Below are positions 15,060 through 26,708 of a DNA stretch of 64,000 nucleotides, one piece after another (within the stretch, counting starts at the first letter, position 1; every line of letters begins with the position of its first letter). Location of the stretch: NCBI RefSeq assembly GCF_058153355.1, contig NZ_CM177019.1. One strand, written 5' to 3'. The notes beneath the pieces are model-generated. The model searched no databases and was not told the origin of the DNA. It saw nothing but the letters and a program-made list of their open reading frames with translations. A program made the translations under genes and the position numbers.

Positions 15060-15622
15060 CAGGCATGCCCTGCCACACCAGGCATGGTGAGAATATCCAC
15101 ACCAATCAGTTTTGCCGCATCGCGCCAGCGGTCGGCAATCGGTGTTTTGAACAGAATATTCAGATCTGCCGGGGCGGTTAGCCACGCGTTATCGAGAATT
15201 TCTTGTTCCAGTTGACCTTTCTCCCAAGAGGCATAGCCCAGAGCCACCAATATGTCAGACGGTTGTTTATCGGTGCCGAGCGTTTCCAGCACATCGCGGG
15301 AAGTGGTCATCACCGTGTTGTCTGAAATGCGAATGCTGGAAGCAAAATTGGAGGGCGGAGTATGCAAAATAAACCCGCGATCTTCAGCCAGTGGGCCGCC
15401 GAGCATAACCGGTTTATCCAGACGGATTGATTCATCACGCGGCTCCGGCGTGATCTTCAGCTTTTCCAGAATCCCTTCAATTTTGAGATTTTCCAGTGGC
15501 TTGTTGACGATGATACCCATTGCACCATTGGCATTATGTTCGCAAATGTAGACCACGGAACGACGGAAAATCGGATCCTGGAGAGCAGGCATGGCAATAA
15601 GAAAGTGATGCTGTAAATTCAT
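15059..15622 (-). CDS. yqgE: UPF0301 protein YqgE (187 aa)
   Basis: ORF 15059-15694. Start is [30 protein letters not shown]. Confidence 0.9.
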
Positions 15623-15730
15623 TGTCAGAGGTTCTGTTTCCTGGTTCAAAAAAGCAACAGCGCCCAGTATGCGGGGAAAGTAGGGCGCTGTCACTCAGAG
15701 TCTCAACGAGATCCTTCTCGCTAAGGTGGG

Positions 15731-16681
15731 TTACTGCTGCTGTAAACGTGCTTCGATGGCATCCATTAACATACCGGTGATCGACACCGGAAACTCTGCT
15801 TCAATCTCACGAATACAGGTTGGGCTGGTGACGTTAATTTCAGTCAGACGGTCGCCGATGATATCCAGACCAACAAAAATCAGCCCTTTTTCTTTCAGCG
15901 TCGGTCCGATCTGACGGGCGATTTTCCAGTCACTTTCCGTCAGCGGACGAGGTTCCCCGCGACCACCGGCAGCCAGGTTACCACGGGTTTCGCCGCCTTG
16001 TGGAATACGCGCCAGGCAGTACGGCACCGGTTCGCCATCCACCACCAACACGCGTTTGTCGCCATCTTTAATGGCTGGCAGGTAATTTTGCGCCATGCAG
16101 TAGCGAGTGCCATGCTCAGTCAGGGTTTCGGCAATCACGCCGAGGTTTGGATCGCCTTCTTTCACGCGGAAAATCGACGCGCCGCCCATACCGTCCAGCG
16201 GCTTAAGAATGATGTCGCTGTGTTTCTCCCAGAACGCTTTCAGCTGTGCTTTATTGCGCGTAACCAGCGTTTCTGGCGTTAAGTCAGAGAACCAGGCGGT
16301 AAACAGTTTCTCGTTACAGTCGCGCAGGCTTTGCGGCTTGTTAACGATCAGCGTCCCTTTCTCTTCGGCACGTTCCAGAATATAGGTCGCGTAGATAAAC
16401 TCGGTATCAAACGGCGGGTCTTTACGCATCAGGATCACATCGAGATCGGCCAGCGGCAGATCCTGTTCACCGACGAACGAAAACCACTCTTCGTAGTTCT
16501 GCTTCACGTTCAGCGTGCGGGTATGGGCGCGGGCTTCGCCATTGATCAAATACAGATCGCCCATCTCCATATAGTGAAGTTCGTAACCACGACGTTGTGC
16601 TTCCAGCAACATAGCGAAACTGGAATCTTTCTTGATGTTGATGCTTGCGATGGGGTCCATCACGATGCCGAGCTTGATCAT
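15731..16681 (-). CDS. gshB: glutathione synthetase
   Basis: 316-aa ORF MIKLGIVMDPIASINIKKDSSFAMLLEAQRRGYELHYMEM... Confidence 0.95.
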   Translation of the reverse strand: MIKLGIVMDPIASINIKKDSSFAMLLEAQRRGYELHYMEMGDLYLINGEARAHTRTLNVKQNYEEWFSFVGEQDLPLADLDVILMRKDPPFDTEFIYATYILERAEEKGTLIVNKPQSLRDCNEKLFTAWFSDLTPETLVTRNKAQLKAFWEKHSDIILKPLDGMGGASIFRVKEGDPNLGVIAETLTEHGTRYCMAQNYLPAIKDGDKRVLVVDGEPVPYCLARIPQGGETRGNLAAGGRGEPRPLTESDWKIARQIGPTLKEKGLIFVGLDIIGDRLTEINVTSPTCIREIEAEFPVSITGMLMDAIEARLQQQ

Positions 16682-16693
16682 TATTCTTCTCCG

Positions 16694-17425
16694 TTAGCCC
16701 AAATCGCCAAAACGCACTTGTAGCGCGGTAATGGCGGTGAGTGCAGTTGTCTCAGTACGCAAAACGCGAGGTCCCAACAGGATATCAGTAAATTGATAGC
16801 GGGCAGTCATGGCAATTTCATCTGCCGATAAACCGCCTTCCGGGCCAATCAGCAGGCGGACGCGTTCAACCGGTAACGGCAACGTATTGATGCTGTTACT
16901 GGCGCGCGGGTGAAGATTCAGTTTCAGTCCTTCATCCTGCTCTGCACACCAGGCTTCCAGATCCATCGCTGGACGGATTTCCGGCACCCGGTTACGACCA
17001 CACTGTTCACAGGCAGCAATTGCAATCTTCTGCCACTGCTGGAGCTTCTTGTTCAGACGTTCACTATCCAGTTTAACGCCGCAACGCTCAGAAAAAAGTG
17101 GCGTAATGAGGCTTACACCGAGTTCGATCGATTTCTGGATCGTAAATTCCATTTTTTCGCCACGCGACATCACCTGACCGAGGTGAATATGCAGCGGAGA
17201 TTCACGATCGTCGAGTTGGCCTTCCAGCACTTTCACTTCCACGCTTTTTTTGCTGGCGCTGGTAATTTCGGCGTCAAAGACCTGGTTGCTGCCGTCAAAT
17301 AATTGCAACGCCTGCCCCGGCCCCATACGCAGTACGCGCCCGATATGGTTGGCGGCATCTTCGCAAAGCGCGATGTGAGAATGGCTGGTCAGTGGTTCAG
17401 GATGATAAATGCGGGGGATACGCAT
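16694..17425 (-). CDS. rsmE: 16S rRNA m3U1498 methyltransferase (243 aa)
   Basis: ORF 16694-17452. Start is [27 protein letters not shown]. Confidence 0.92.
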   Translation of the reverse strand: MRIPRIYHPEPLTSHSHIALCEDAANHIGRVLRMGPGQALQLFDGSNQVFDAEITSASKKSVEVKVLEGQLDDRESPLHIHLGQVMSRGEKMEFTIQKSIELGVSLITPLFSERCGVKLDSERLNKKLQQWQKIAIAACEQCGRNRVPEIRPAMDLEAWCAEQDEGLKLNLHPRASNSINTLPLPVERVRLLIGPEGGLSADEIAMTARYQFTDILLGPRVLRTETTALTAITALQVRFGDLG

Positions 17426-17504
17426 AGTTAAAAATCCGCGTCGTCTCCCCACGCGGTTGTACGCGTGGGGTAGGGGTTAACAAAAAGAATCCCGCTAGTG
17501 TAGG

Positions 17505-18212
17505 TTAGCTCTTTCGCGCCTGGCAAGCGCGTTGCACATACGGGTTATGATTGCCCTGCACCTTCGCGATGCGTTCATCACGCTCGCACTCCCAGTCGGT
17601 AACCGGATACATCTTGTTCCATGCGTTAAAAAGCTGCGTTTGCTGGCGAGAAAGCGTCAGGTTGTACTGGTCGCGCATATAGAAGTAGGTACGCGCAATA
17701 GCGCCACGGGCACGGGCTGGCGGTTCGGCAGCTTTTTCTTTGAAATCGACCTTCATGGCGCATTGACCGTACTGGCCTTCGCCGCCATTCCACTGGCTGT
17801 ACATAAAGTTGCCGCGATCGCCATTCACCTCACCGACTGACGGCTGCAGGTTATGCATATCGCTTTCCATCTTGCGATAGACCGGATCTTTAGCGCAGTT
17901 TTTACGTCCACCGTCCTGCCAGCACTGGCGCTGGTGACCGAACTGCCAGGCGGGAACGACGTGTTCCCACTCTACGCGGCTGGCGCGGTTTTCATTTTTG
18001 CGCACCTGATAGCCGCACGATTGCAGATCGACAAAGCCTTTTTTGCCCTGCCAGTCAATTTTACATCCGCAGTAAAACGTACCCGGCGCGTCAGCGTGGA
18101 TTTTTACCGCCGCGGCTTTCGCCTGAGAAAAACTATTGATACCTTCGGCCAACGTCGGGCCGGAAAATGCTGCGCTCAGTACCACCGCAGCAATAGACAA
18201 ATAACGGTACAT
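17505..18212 (-). CDS. endA: periplasmic endonuclease I
   Basis: ORF starts [20 protein letters not shown]... with a signal peptide. The start is either of two adjacent Met codons. Confidence 0.93.
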   Translation of the reverse strand: MYRYLSIAAVVLSAAFSGPTLAEGINSFSQAKAAAVKIHADAPGTFYCGCKIDWQGKKGFVDLQSCGYQVRKNENRASRVEWEHVVPAWQFGHQRQCWQDGGRKNCAKDPVYRKMESDMHNLQPSVGEVNGDRGNFMYSQWNGGEGQYGQCAMKVDFKEKAAEPPARARGAIARTYFYMRDQYNLTLSRQQTQLFNAWNKMYPVTDWECERDERIAKVQGNHNPYVQRACQARKS

Positions 18213-18306
18213 CACTTACTCCGTGTTAAAACGAGCCAGCAACGTAGCGAAAGTTGTTTTGGTATGCAATCAGTCAGATCAGGAAAGTTCCTGATAGTTC
18301 AGGTGG

Positions 18307-18804
18307 TTATTTTGCAATCAGCTGTTCACCGCAATGAACACAGCGATAGACGGCCTCGCCACGAACTACGCGATTATGGCGGCGTACGGTAAGCTGATGC
18401 TCCTGGCACTTGCAGCGGTAGGGGAAGGTGTTGCGACGCACGGATTGCAGTTCGAACTGATGCGTACGACGGGCGGGAACGCCCAGCACGTTTTCCATCA
18501 TCCACTTCCACTCTTTGCCATGTGGCGCTACGCGGCCGAAATGTTTCCATACCAGCAAATGTGCCAGTTCGTGCGGCACCACTTCTTCAATAAAGGCTTC
18601 ACTGTTTTCCAACAGCAAAACGGGATTGAGGCGAATTTCATAGCTTTCCAGCCAGGCTGTTCCGGCAGAGGTGCCGCGCTGGGTGTAAGAGAGTTTTGGC
18701 TCCGGGTAGTTACGCCCTAGCTTCAGGTTGGCCTGGGCGAGTTTTTCCCGCAGGCGACGCATAACGGCCTGTTGGATGGCGATAGGGAGACGGGATGTTT
18801 TCAT
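18307..18804 (-). CDS. sprT: SprT-family zinc metalloprotease-like protein
   Basis: 165-aa ORF with an HExxH motif (PHELAHLLV) and a C-terminal Cys4 motif. Confidence 0.92.
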   Translation of the reverse strand: MKTSRLPIAIQQAVMRRLREKLAQANLKLGRNYPEPKLSYTQRGTSAGTAWLESYEIRLNPVLLLENSEAFIEEVVPHELAHLLVWKHFGRVAPHGKEWKWMMENVLGVPARRTHQFELQSVRRNTFPYRCKCQEHQLTVRRHNRVVRGEAVYRCVHCGEQLIAK

Positions 18805-18880
18805 AGCGGCAGAGGATAGAGCGAAGAAAAGATGACTGCAAGAGGTGGCTTCCTCCGCGACGGGAGGAAGCCTGAGGAGA

Positions 18881-20275
18881 TTAATCGTGAGCGCCGATTT
18901 CGCGCAGTTTACGACCTTTCATCAGATTACGTTCAATATGTTCCAGCGAAACGTGTTTGGTTTCCGGTACCAGCCACAATGTCAGCAGGATAAACAGTAC
19001 GTTCAGAGCCGCATACACCCAGAAGGTGTTGGCGTTACCCAGCGTGTTGAGCATGGTCAGGAACGTTGCGCCAACGATCATGTTGGCAATCCAGTTGGTG
19101 GCGGTGGAGCAGGTGATGCCAAAATCGCGGCCTTTCAGCGGCTGAATTTCGGAGCACAGTACCCAAATCAGCGGACCGGCACTCATGGCAAAGCCGACAA
19201 TAAACATCAGCAGCATGGCGATAGCGAAATACTGCGCCGACGGAGAATGGATACCGATATGCATCATTGTACCGAGTACGCCCATGCCAGCAGCCATCAC
19301 CAGGAAGCCCAGCGTTAGCGTTGGTTTACGTCCCCAGCGGTCAACAAGGCCGATTGCGATAAAGGTGGCAAGTACGTTGGTCAGGCCGACAATCACCGTC
19401 CCCCACATTTGCTCGGTGGTGTTGGTATAACCCGCCAGTTCGAAGATTTTCGGCGCGTAATACATGATGACGTTCATCCCGGTGAATTGCTGCATTACCT
19501 GCAACAGTACGCCAAGGAACACCGCGCGGCGGAAGTTGCTGTTCTCTTTAAACAGCGCCCAGCCACTCTGTTTAACCTGCAAACTTTCACGGATTTCATC
19601 CAGTTCGCGTTTCGCTTCCGCACTGGTGTCGCGCAGGCGCAGCAGCACGCGCTCGGCATCAACAAAACGGCGTTTGGCGGCAAACCAACGTGGGCTGTCT
19701 GGCAGGAAGAAAACACCAATCAGCAGCAAAATTGCCGGGATGATAATCACACCCAGCATCCAGCGCCATGCACCGGTGTAGCTGAAGGCGGTATCAGAAA
19801 GATAAGCACCGAGGATCCCGATAGTGATCATCAACTGATACATCGAGATCATACTACCGCGAATTTTTTCCGGCGCAATTTCAGAGAGGTAAAGCGGTGC
19901 GGTATAAGAGGCCACACCCACCGCCAGCCCCAGCAGAACGCGGGAAAGAATCAGTACTTCAACGTTTGGCGCAGCCGCAGAGAACAGTGAACCGGCAACA
20001 AACAGGATTGCGCCGATCATCAAACTCTTTTTGCGCCCGAGTTTAAAGGAGAGCCAGCCGCTGCCCACCGCACCGACTGCCGCACCGAACATCATGGAGC
20101 TTACGACCCATTCTTGCGTGTGCGAAGTAATCTGGAATTCATCTGCAATAAACGGCAGTGCGCCAGCAATTACACCGATATCCAGGCCAAAGAGTAATCC
20201 CGCCAGAGCGGCAAGGAAGCAGACGAAAAACGTCATTGCCTTGTTTGACCGCCCCTGTTTTTTAGCGTCAGGCAT
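18881..20275 (-). CDS. galP: galactose:H+ symporter GalP (464 aa, MFS)
   Basis: ORF 18881-20287. Start is [30 protein letters not shown]. Confidence 0.95.
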   Translation of the reverse strand: MPDAKKQGRSNKAMTFFVCFLAALAGLLFGLDIGVIAGALPFIADEFQITSHTQEWVVSSMMFGAAVGAVGSGWLSFKLGRKKSLMIGAILFVAGSLFSAAAPNVEVLILSRVLLGLAVGVASYTAPLYLSEIAPEKIRGSMISMYQLMITIGILGAYLSDTAFSYTGAWRWMLGVIIIPAILLLIGVFFLPDSPRWFAAKRRFVDAERVLLRLRDTSAEAKRELDEIRESLQVKQSGWALFKENSNFRRAVFLGVLLQVMQQFTGMNVIMYYAPKIFELAGYTNTTEQMWGTVIVGLTNVLATFIAIGLVDRWGRKPTLTLGFLVMAAGMGVLGTMMHIGIHSPSAQYFAIAMLLMFIVGFAMSAGPLIWVLCSEIQPLKGRDFGITCSTATNWIANMIVGATFLTMLNTLGNANTFWVYAALNVLFILLTLWLVPETKHVSLEHIERNLMKGRKLREIGAHD

Positions 20276-20338
20276 GATGCCCTCCAATATGGTTATTTTT
20301 TATTGTGAATTAAGATAGGTGAGTACGACGTAAAAAGA

Positions 20339-20354
20339 TGTGAAGCAAATCACA
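20339..20354. promoter_or_regulatory. CRP binding-site core upstream of galP
   Basis: tgtgaagcaaatcaca is a perfect TGTGA-N6-TCACA. Confidence 0.65.
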
Positions 20355-20357
20355 TCA

Positions 20358-20373
20358 GTGTAATCGCTTACAC
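20358..20373. promoter_or_regulatory. GalR/GalS operator upstream of galP
   Basis: gtgtaatcgcttacac matches the gal operator palindrome GTGnAAnCGnTTnCAC. Confidence 0.65.
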
Positions 20374-20657
20374 TAACATTTATCTTAGTTATGATTTAAG
20401 TGCATGAAAATAATTGAGTTATATCATCATAGATTAAACGCTGTTATCTGCAATTAAGACTTTACTGAAAAGAAATGTAACAACTGTGAAAGCAGAATAA
20501 TAATATGAAAATATTACAAATATTTGGCTGGTGTGGTTGGTGTAATCGGTTTCAGTCGTGATGATAATTTGCGGTAAAACGTGTTGAGGAAGAATGATGT
20601 TATTGCGGGCGGTTTTTTGCCGGATGCGGCGTGAATGTCTATCCACCGCGGTGAGGT

Positions 20658-20689
20658 AAAAGAAAAAGGCCAGCGCGAGGCTGGCCTTT
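20658..20689 (-). terminator. metK intrinsic terminator
   Basis: The minus strand reads aaggccagc-ctcgc-gctggcctt followed by tttcttttac. Confidence 0.75.
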
Positions 20690-20708
20690 GAAAGCAGGTG
20701 AAGAAAGA

Positions 20709-21863
20709 TTACTTCAGACCGGCAGCTTCACGCAGCAGCTGCGCTTTGTCGGTTTTTTCCCACGGGAAATGTTCACGACCAAAGTGACCGTATGCTGCGG
20801 TTTCTTTGTAGATCGGGTGCAGCAGATCCAGCATCTGAATCAGACCGTATGGACGCAGGTCAAAGAACTCACGTACCAGCAGAGTCAGTTGTTCAGAAGG
20901 CACTTTCTCGGTACCGAAAGTTTCCACCATGATGGAGGTCGGTTCAGCCACGCCGATTGCGTAGGAAACCTGAATTTCACAACGATCGGCCAGGCCAGCC
21001 GCAACGATGTTTTTCGCGACATAACGTGCTGCGTACGCTGCGGAACGGTCCACTTTTGATGGATCTTTACCAGAGAACGCACCGCCACCGTGACGTGCCA
21101 TGCCGCCGTAGGTATCAACGATAATTTTACGACCAGTCAGACCGCAGTCACCCATCGGGCCGCCAATAACAAAACGTCCGGTCGGGTTGATGAAGAACTT
21201 GGTTGCGGAAGTCAGCCATTCTGCGGGCAGAATCGGCTTGATGATCTCTTCCATTACCGCTTCTTGCAGCGATTTCTGGTCGATCTCTTCAGAGTGCTGG
21301 GTGGAAAGTACTACAGCATCGATGCCAACGATTTTGCCGTCGTCATACTGGAAAGTCACCTGGCTTTTCGCGTCCGGGCGCAGCCACGGCAGAGTGCCGT
21401 TTTTACGTACTTCAGCCTGACGCTGAACCAGACGGTGTGCATAGGTGATAGGTGCTGGCATCAGCACGTCGGTTTCATTGGTTGCGTAGCCAAACATCAG
21501 ACCCTGGTCGCCCGCGCCCTGTTCCAGCGGATCGGCACGATCAACGCCCTGGTTGATGTCAGGAGATTGTTTGCCGATAGCGCTCAGGACCGCACAGGAG
21601 TTAGCGTCAAAGCCCATGTCGGAATGTACATAGCCAATTTCGCGAACGGTGTTACGGGTGATCTCTTCGATGTCTACCCAGGCGCTGGTGGTGATTTCAC
21701 CGCCAACTAAAACCATGCCGGTTTTTACGTAGGTTTCGCAAGCAACACGTGCTTTCGGATCCTGTTCGAGGATCGCGTCTAAAACGGCATCAGAGATTTG
21801 GTCAGCAATTTTGTCAGGATGCCCTTCAGAGACGGACTCGGACGTAAAAAGGTGTTTTGCCAT
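20709..21863 (-). CDS. metK: S-adenosylmethionine synthetase (384 aa)
   Basis: ORF 20709-21875. Start is [29 protein letters not shown]. Confidence 0.97.
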   Translation of the reverse strand: MAKHLFTSESVSEGHPDKIADQISDAVLDAILEQDPKARVACETYVKTGMVLVGGEITTSAWVDIEEITRNTVREIGYVHSDMGFDANSCAVLSAIGKQSPDINQGVDRADPLEQGAGDQGLMFGYATNETDVLMPAPITYAHRLVQRQAEVRKNGTLPWLRPDAKSQVTFQYDDGKIVGIDAVVLSTQHSEEIDQKSLQEAVMEEIIKPILPAEWLTSATKFFINPTGRFVIGGPMGDCGLTGRKIIVDTYGGMARHGGGAFSGKDPSKVDRSAAYAARYVAKNIVAAGLADRCEIQVSYAIGVAEPTSIMVETFGTEKVPSEQLTLLVREFFDLRPYGLIQMLDLLHPIYKETAAYGHFGREHFPWEKTDKAQLLREAAGLK

Positions 21864-21903
21864 ATTTAATATCACCTAAAGAGAATTTGGTTAGCTCAAA
21901 CTG

Positions 21904-22170
21904 TTGTGTGGATTTTCTGTGGTAGCGGATCCTACCACGACTCTGCAGGTTAAAAACACTGGCAGTCTGAGTGTTAATCGGTATGGATGGATTAACATCT
22001 GGATGGCTATTTTAGGTCAGTTCTTCACCCAATTTCCACTTTTTTTTGAATCGTGTCTCATTCTGTTAAAAACGTGGCTGGAAATTTTTCCTGACAATGC
22101 TGGCATTCTGCGTATTTATCTTTTGCAATTTTCTGCCATTGTGGGGTATAAAACGCGGCGCGCGGCTTAA
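21904..22170 (+). CDS. hypothetical small ORF in the metK-speA intergenic region (position of the K-12 yqgD-type ORF)
   Basis: 88-codon ORF with a TTG start, no recognisable domain and AT-rich sequence. K-12 carries doubtful small ORFs here, as far as I recall. Confidence 0.2.
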
Positions 22171-22517
22171 ATAAAAAGCACACGACGTTTCTTTCGTGTT
22201 GCCACTTCCAGCCGGGTTGAAATCAGAGTTTTGGCTTGTGGGTTCGTCTTAACAGGCGGCCGTGGAGGTGATACGAAATAATGAACCGTTGTCTGCTGCT
22301 TAACCTGTCACACCGTTCTGGTGTAGATTCGTTCCCCGCACTCTGCATCTCTGCTTTGCATACCTGCCGATGTTATACCCATCTCGGCGCTTCTCAGGAT
22401 TCAAGAGCTGGTTACAGTTACTGAGGACTGAACAAGGGCGCTCTTGTAAAAACAAGAGTTTTCTCGTGGTTTCGCCGAACTGTCACACTTACGTTCGGTT
22501 ATGTGTTTAATAATGTT

Positions 22518-22649
22518 ATGAAAAAGAAACCGGTTGCGCAGTCGGAGCGTCAGCATACTTTGCTGGAAAATCCGTGTGCTTATGGGTTGTTATCGCAGTC
22601 CCAGGCTGCGATAGTCGTTAACTGTTTTACACTTAATAAAATAATTTGA
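22518..22649 (+). CDS. yqgB: small acid-stress-related protein YqgB (43 aa)
   Basis: The ORF from ATG at 22518 encodes [43 protein letters not shown]. It lies directly upstream of speA and is too short for the supplied ORF track. Confidence 0.6.
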   Translation: MKKKPVAQSERQHTLLENPCAYGLLSQSQAAIVVNCFTLNKII

Positions 22650-22657
22650 GGTTCGCT

Positions 22658-24634
22658 ATGTCTGACGACATGTCTATGGGTTTGCCTTCGTCAGCGGGCG
22701 AACACGGTGTACTACGCTCCATGCAGGAGGTTGCAATGAGCTCCCAGGAAGCCAGCAAGATGCTGCGTACTTACAATATTGCCTGGTGGGGCAATAACTA
22801 TTATGACGTTAACGAGCTGGGCCACATTAGCGTGTGCCCGGACCCGGACGTCCCGGAAGCTCGCGTCGATCTCGCGCAGTTAGTGAAAACTCGTGAAGCA
22901 CAGGGGCAGCGTCTGCCTGCACTGTTCTGTTTCCCACAGATCCTGCAGCACCGTTTGCGTTCCATTAACGCCGCGTTCAAACGTGCGCGGGAATCCTACG
23001 GCTATAACGGCGATTACTTCCTCGTTTACCCGATCAAAGTTAACCAGCACCGCCGCGTGATTGAATCCCTGATTCATTCAGGCGAACCGCTGGGCCTGGA
23101 AGCCGGTTCCAAAGCTGAGTTGATGGCGGTACTGGCGCATGCTGGCATGACCCGTAGCGTCATCGTCTGCAATGGTTATAAAGACCGCGAATATATCCGC
23201 CTGGCATTAATTGGCGAGAAGATGGGCCATAAGGTCTATCTGGTCATTGAGAAGATGTCAGAAATCGCCATTGTGCTGGATGAAGCAGAACGTCTGAATG
23301 TCGTTCCTCGTCTGGGCGTGCGCGCGCGTCTGGCGTCTCAAGGTTCTGGCAAATGGCAGTCTTCTGGCGGGGAAAAATCGAAGTTCGGCCTGGCGGCGAC
23401 TCAGGTACTGCAACTGGTTGAAACCCTGCGTGAAGCCGGACGTCTCGACAGCCTGCAACTGCTGCACTTTCACCTCGGTTCGCAGATGGCGAATATTCGC
23501 GATATCGCCACGGGCGTTCGTGAATCCGCGCGTTTCTATGTGGAACTGCACAAGCTGGGCGTCAATATTCAGTGCTTTGATGTCGGCGGCGGTCTGGGTG
23601 TGGACTATGAAGGTACTCGTTCGCAGTCCGACTGTTCAGTGAATTACGGCCTCAATGAATACGCCAACAACATCATTTGGGCGATTGGCGATGCGTGTGA
23701 AGAAAATGGTCTGCCGCATCCGACAGTAATCACCGAATCAGGTCGTGCGGTGACTGCGCATCACACCGTGCTGGTGTCGAATATCATCGGCGTGGAACGT
23801 AACGAATACACGGTGCCGACCGCGCCAGCAGAAGACGCACCGCGCGCGCTGCAAAGCATGTGGGAAACCTGGCAGGAGATGCACGAACCGGGAACTCGCC
23901 GTTCTCTGCGTGAATGGTTACACGACAGCCAGATGGATCTGCACGACATTCATATCGGCTATTCTTCAGGCACTTACAACCTGCAAGAACGCGCGTGGGC
24001 TGAGCAGCTTTATCTGAGCATGTGTCACGAAGTGCAAAAGCAGCTGGATCCGCAAAACCGCGCACATCGCCCGATTATCGACGAATTGCAGGAACGTATG
24101 GCGGACAAAATGTACGTCAACTTCTCGCTGTTCCAGTCGATGCCGGACGCATGGGGGATCGACCAGTTGTTCCCGGTTTTGCCGCTGGAAGGGCTGAATC
24201 AAGTTCCGGAGCGGCGCGCCGTGCTGCTGGATATTACCTGTGACTCTGACGGTGCCATCGACCACTATATTGATGGTGATGGTATTGCCACAACAATGCC
24301 TATGCCGGAGTACGATCCAGAGAATCCGCCGATGCTCGGTTTCTTTATGGTCGGCGCATATCAGGAGATCCTCGGTAACATGCACAACCTGTTTGGTGAT
24401 ACCGAAGCGGTTGATGTGTTCGTCTTCCCTGACGGCAGCGTAGAAGTGGAACTGTCTGACGAAGGCGATACCGTGGCGGACATGCTGCAATATGTACAGC
24501 TCGATCCGAAAACGCTGTTAACCCAGTTCCGTGATCAAGTGAAGAAAACCGATCTTGATGCTGAACTGCAACAACAGTTCCTGGAAGAGTTCGAGGCAGG
24601 TTTGTACGGTTATACCTATCTTGAAGATGAATAA
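22658..24634 (+). CDS. speA: biosynthetic arginine decarboxylase (658 aa)
   Basis: ORF 22646-24634. Start is [36 protein letters not shown]. Confidence 0.96.
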   Translation: MSDDMSMGLPSSAGEHGVLRSMQEVAMSSQEASKMLRTYNIAWWGNNYYDVNELGHISVCPDPDVPEARVDLAQLVKTREAQGQRLPALFCFPQILQHRLRSINAAFKRARESYGYNGDYFLVYPIKVNQHRRVIESLIHSGEPLGLEAGSKAELMAVLAHAGMTRSVIVCNGYKDREYIRLALIGEKMGHKVYLVIEKMSEIAIVLDEAERLNVVPRLGVRARLASQGSGKWQSSGGEKSKFGLAATQVLQLVETLREAGRLDSLQLLHFHLGSQMANIRDIATGVRESARFYVELHKLGVNIQCFDVGGGLGVDYEGTRSQSDCSVNYGLNEYANNIIWAIGDACEENGLPHPTVITESGRAVTAHHTVLVSNIIGVERNEYTVPTAPAEDAPRALQSMWETWQEMHEPGTRRSLREWLHDSQMDLHDIHIGYSSGTYNLQERAWAEQLYLSMCHEVQKQLDPQNRAHRPIIDELQERMADKMYVNFSLFQSMPDAWGIDQLFPVLPLEGLNQVPERRAVLLDITCDSDGAIDHYIDGDGIATTMPMPEYDPENPPMLGFFMVGAYQEILGNMHNLFGDTEAVDVFVFPDGSVEVELSDEGDTVADMLQYVQLDPKTLLTQFRDQVKKTDLDAELQQQFLEEFEAGLYGYTYLEDE

Positions 24635-24779
24635 TTAAGATTATTCCGCTATCGGGTCGATTTATTTACGTAAATCGGCCCGCTTTCTTTTTATATATTC
24701 TTAAAAATAATTTAGCTGCTTTCCTTATTGAATAATCTCCCTACAATCGCTGCATTAATTAAATGCAGAGGGAACGGTT

Positions 24780-25511
24780 ATGAAAAAATGGAAAGTACGT
24801 AGCGCGTTGGTGGCATTAGTCGTGCTGCTGGCCGGTTGTTCCAGTAATGCGCAGTATAATAGCAGTGCATCGGGCAATGTCGGCACCGCCTGGGGTGGGG
24901 ATGTGCACTCAACGGTTCAGGGCGTATCTGCTGAACGAGCCTGGCGCGATCCGGCAGAGATGATCGTTATTAGTTATTCGACTAATGTTCCTTCCGGCTA
25001 CGACCGCGTTTATAGCATTCGTATTAACGAACTTGAATATGCTATTCGCGATGGTAATTTTAATTCTCTACCTATTACGCGGGTTTATAATTCATCAGGT
25101 AAAGAACTACGCTATATAGTCCATGCCAGAGTAGGAATGAATTACCAATTATATGTCCGCAATTACAGTCGTAACACCAACTACGAGATCGTTGCGACAG
25201 TTGATGGCCTGGATGTTCTCAATGGTAAACAAGGTTCCCTGAATAACAACGGCTATATTGTGAATGCCGGGGATTCGTTGGCGATTAAAGGATTCCGCAA
25301 AGATAAACATACCGAAGCGGCTTTTCAGTTCGCCAACGTTGCTGATTCCTACGCAGCCAATTCGGCGCAAGGCGATGTGCGTAATACCGGTGTAATCGGC
25401 TTTGCCGCCTTTGAATTACAAGGCCCGGCGCAAAACGCGCTGCCACCGTGCTCTGGACAAGCGTTTCCGGCGGACAACAATGGCTATGCGCCGCCACCGT
25501 GTCGGAAATAG
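24780..25511 (+). CDS. putative lipoprotein of unknown function (accessory; not at this position in K-12 as far as I recall)
   Basis: 243-aa ORF with a signal peptide and lipobox (VVLLAGC|SS). An RBS gagggaacggttATG is present. AT-rich flanks. No family recognised. Confidence 0.7.
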   Translation: MKKWKVRSALVALVVLLAGCSSNAQYNSSASGNVGTAWGGDVHSTVQGVSAERAWRDPAEMIVISYSTNVPSGYDRVYSIRINELEYAIRDGNFNSLPITRVYNSSGKELRYIVHARVGMNYQLYVRNYSRNTNYEIVATVDGLDVLNGKQGSLNNNGYIVNAGDSLAIKGFRKDKHTEAAFQFANVADSYAANSAQGDVRNTGVIGFAAFELQGPAQNALPPCSGQAFPADNNGYAPPPCRK

Positions 25512-25646
25512 TAACCTCGCTTGATGCCTCGCCCATTTAAGGCGATAATTAGCACAAAATTGTGTTTCGCAAATCCAACCCTTCCTCGTCGGGCCTAACG
25601 ACGCGGAAGGGTTTTTTTATATCGACTTTGTAATAGGAGTCCACCC

Positions 25647-26567
25647 ATGAGCACCTTAGGTCATCAATACGATAACTCACTGGTTTCCAACGCCTTTGGT
25701 TTTTTACGCCTGCCGATGAACTTCCAGCCGTATGACAGCGATGCTGACTGGGTAATTACCGGCGTGCCGTTCGATATGGCCACTTCTGGTCGTGCGGGTG
25801 GACGCCACGGTCCAGCGGCGATCCGTCAGGTTTCGACGAATCTGGCCTGGGAACACAACCGCTTCCCGTGGAATTTCGACATGCGCGAGCGTCTGAACGT
25901 GGTGGACTGCGGCGATCTGGTGTATGCCTTCGGCGATGCTCGTGAGATGAGCGAGAAGCTGCAGGCGCATGCCGAAAAGCTGCTGGCTGCCGGTAAGCGT
26001 ATGCTCTCCTTCGGTGGTGACCACTTTGTTACCCTGCCGCTGCTGCGTGCTCATGCGAAGCATTTCGGCAAAATGGCGCTGGTACACTTTGACGCCCACA
26101 CCGATACCTATGCGAACGGTTGTGAATTTGACCACGGCACCATGTTCTATACCGCGCCGAAAGAAGGTCTGATCGACCCGAATCACTCCGTACAGATTGG
26201 TATTCGTACCGAGTTTGATAAAGACAACGGCTTTACCGTACTGGACGCCTGCCAGGTGAACGATCGCAGCGTGGATGACGTTATCGCCCAGGTGAAACAG
26301 ATTGTAGGTGATATGCCAGTTTACCTGACCTTTGATATCGACTGCCTGGATCCTGCTTTCGCGCCGGGCACCGGTACGCCGGTGATTGGCGGCCTGACCT
26401 CCGATCGCGCCATTAAACTGGTACGCGGCCTGAAAGATCTCAACATCGTTGGGATGGACGTAGTGGAAGTGGCTCCGGCATACGATCAGTCGGAAATCAC
26501 CGCTCTGGCAGCAGCGACGCTGGCGCTGGAGATGCTGTATATTCAGGCGGCGAAAAAGGGCGAGTAA
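25647..26567 (+). CDS. speB: agmatinase
   Basis: 306-aa [46 protein letters not shown]... Confidence 0.96.
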   Translation: MSTLGHQYDNSLVSNAFGFLRLPMNFQPYDSDADWVITGVPFDMATSGRAGGRHGPAAIRQVSTNLAWEHNRFPWNFDMRERLNVVDCGDLVYAFGDAREMSEKLQAHAEKLLAAGKRMLSFGGDHFVTLPLLRAHAKHFGKMALVHFDAHTDTYANGCEFDHGTMFYTAPKEGLIDPNHSVQIGIRTEFDKDNGFTVLDACQVNDRSVDDVIAQVKQIVGDMPVYLTFDIDCLDPAFAPGTGTPVIGGLTSDRAIKLVRGLKDLNIVGMDVVEVAPAYDQSEITALAAATLALEMLYIQAAKKGE

Positions 26568-26570
26568 GCG

Positions 26571-26691
26571 CCAGATGCGATGTCGCCCGTAGGCCGGATA
26601 AGATGCGTCAGCATCGCATCCGGCATTGCGGACAGGGTAACAAATGTGTCATTCATGTCAGATGCGGCGTGAACGCCTTATCTGACCTACG
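26571..26691. repeat. BIME: two REP palindromes
   Basis: The two REPs are cgtaggccggataagatgcgtcagcatcgcatccggcat and atgtcagatgcggcgtgaacgccttatctgacctac. Confidence 0.8.
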
Positions 26692-26708
26692 TTCGGCACC
26701 ACCAGGCT

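Noticed and set aside
22281-22424. A 47-codon ORF ([47 protein letters not shown]) in the metK-speA spacer, followed by a terminator-like hairpin (ctcttgt/acaagag plus tttt at about 22441-22465).
   Set aside because: I cannot tie it to a known product with confidence. K-12 annotates doubtful small ORFs in this region, but I do not recall their sequences. I left it unannotated rather than guess.
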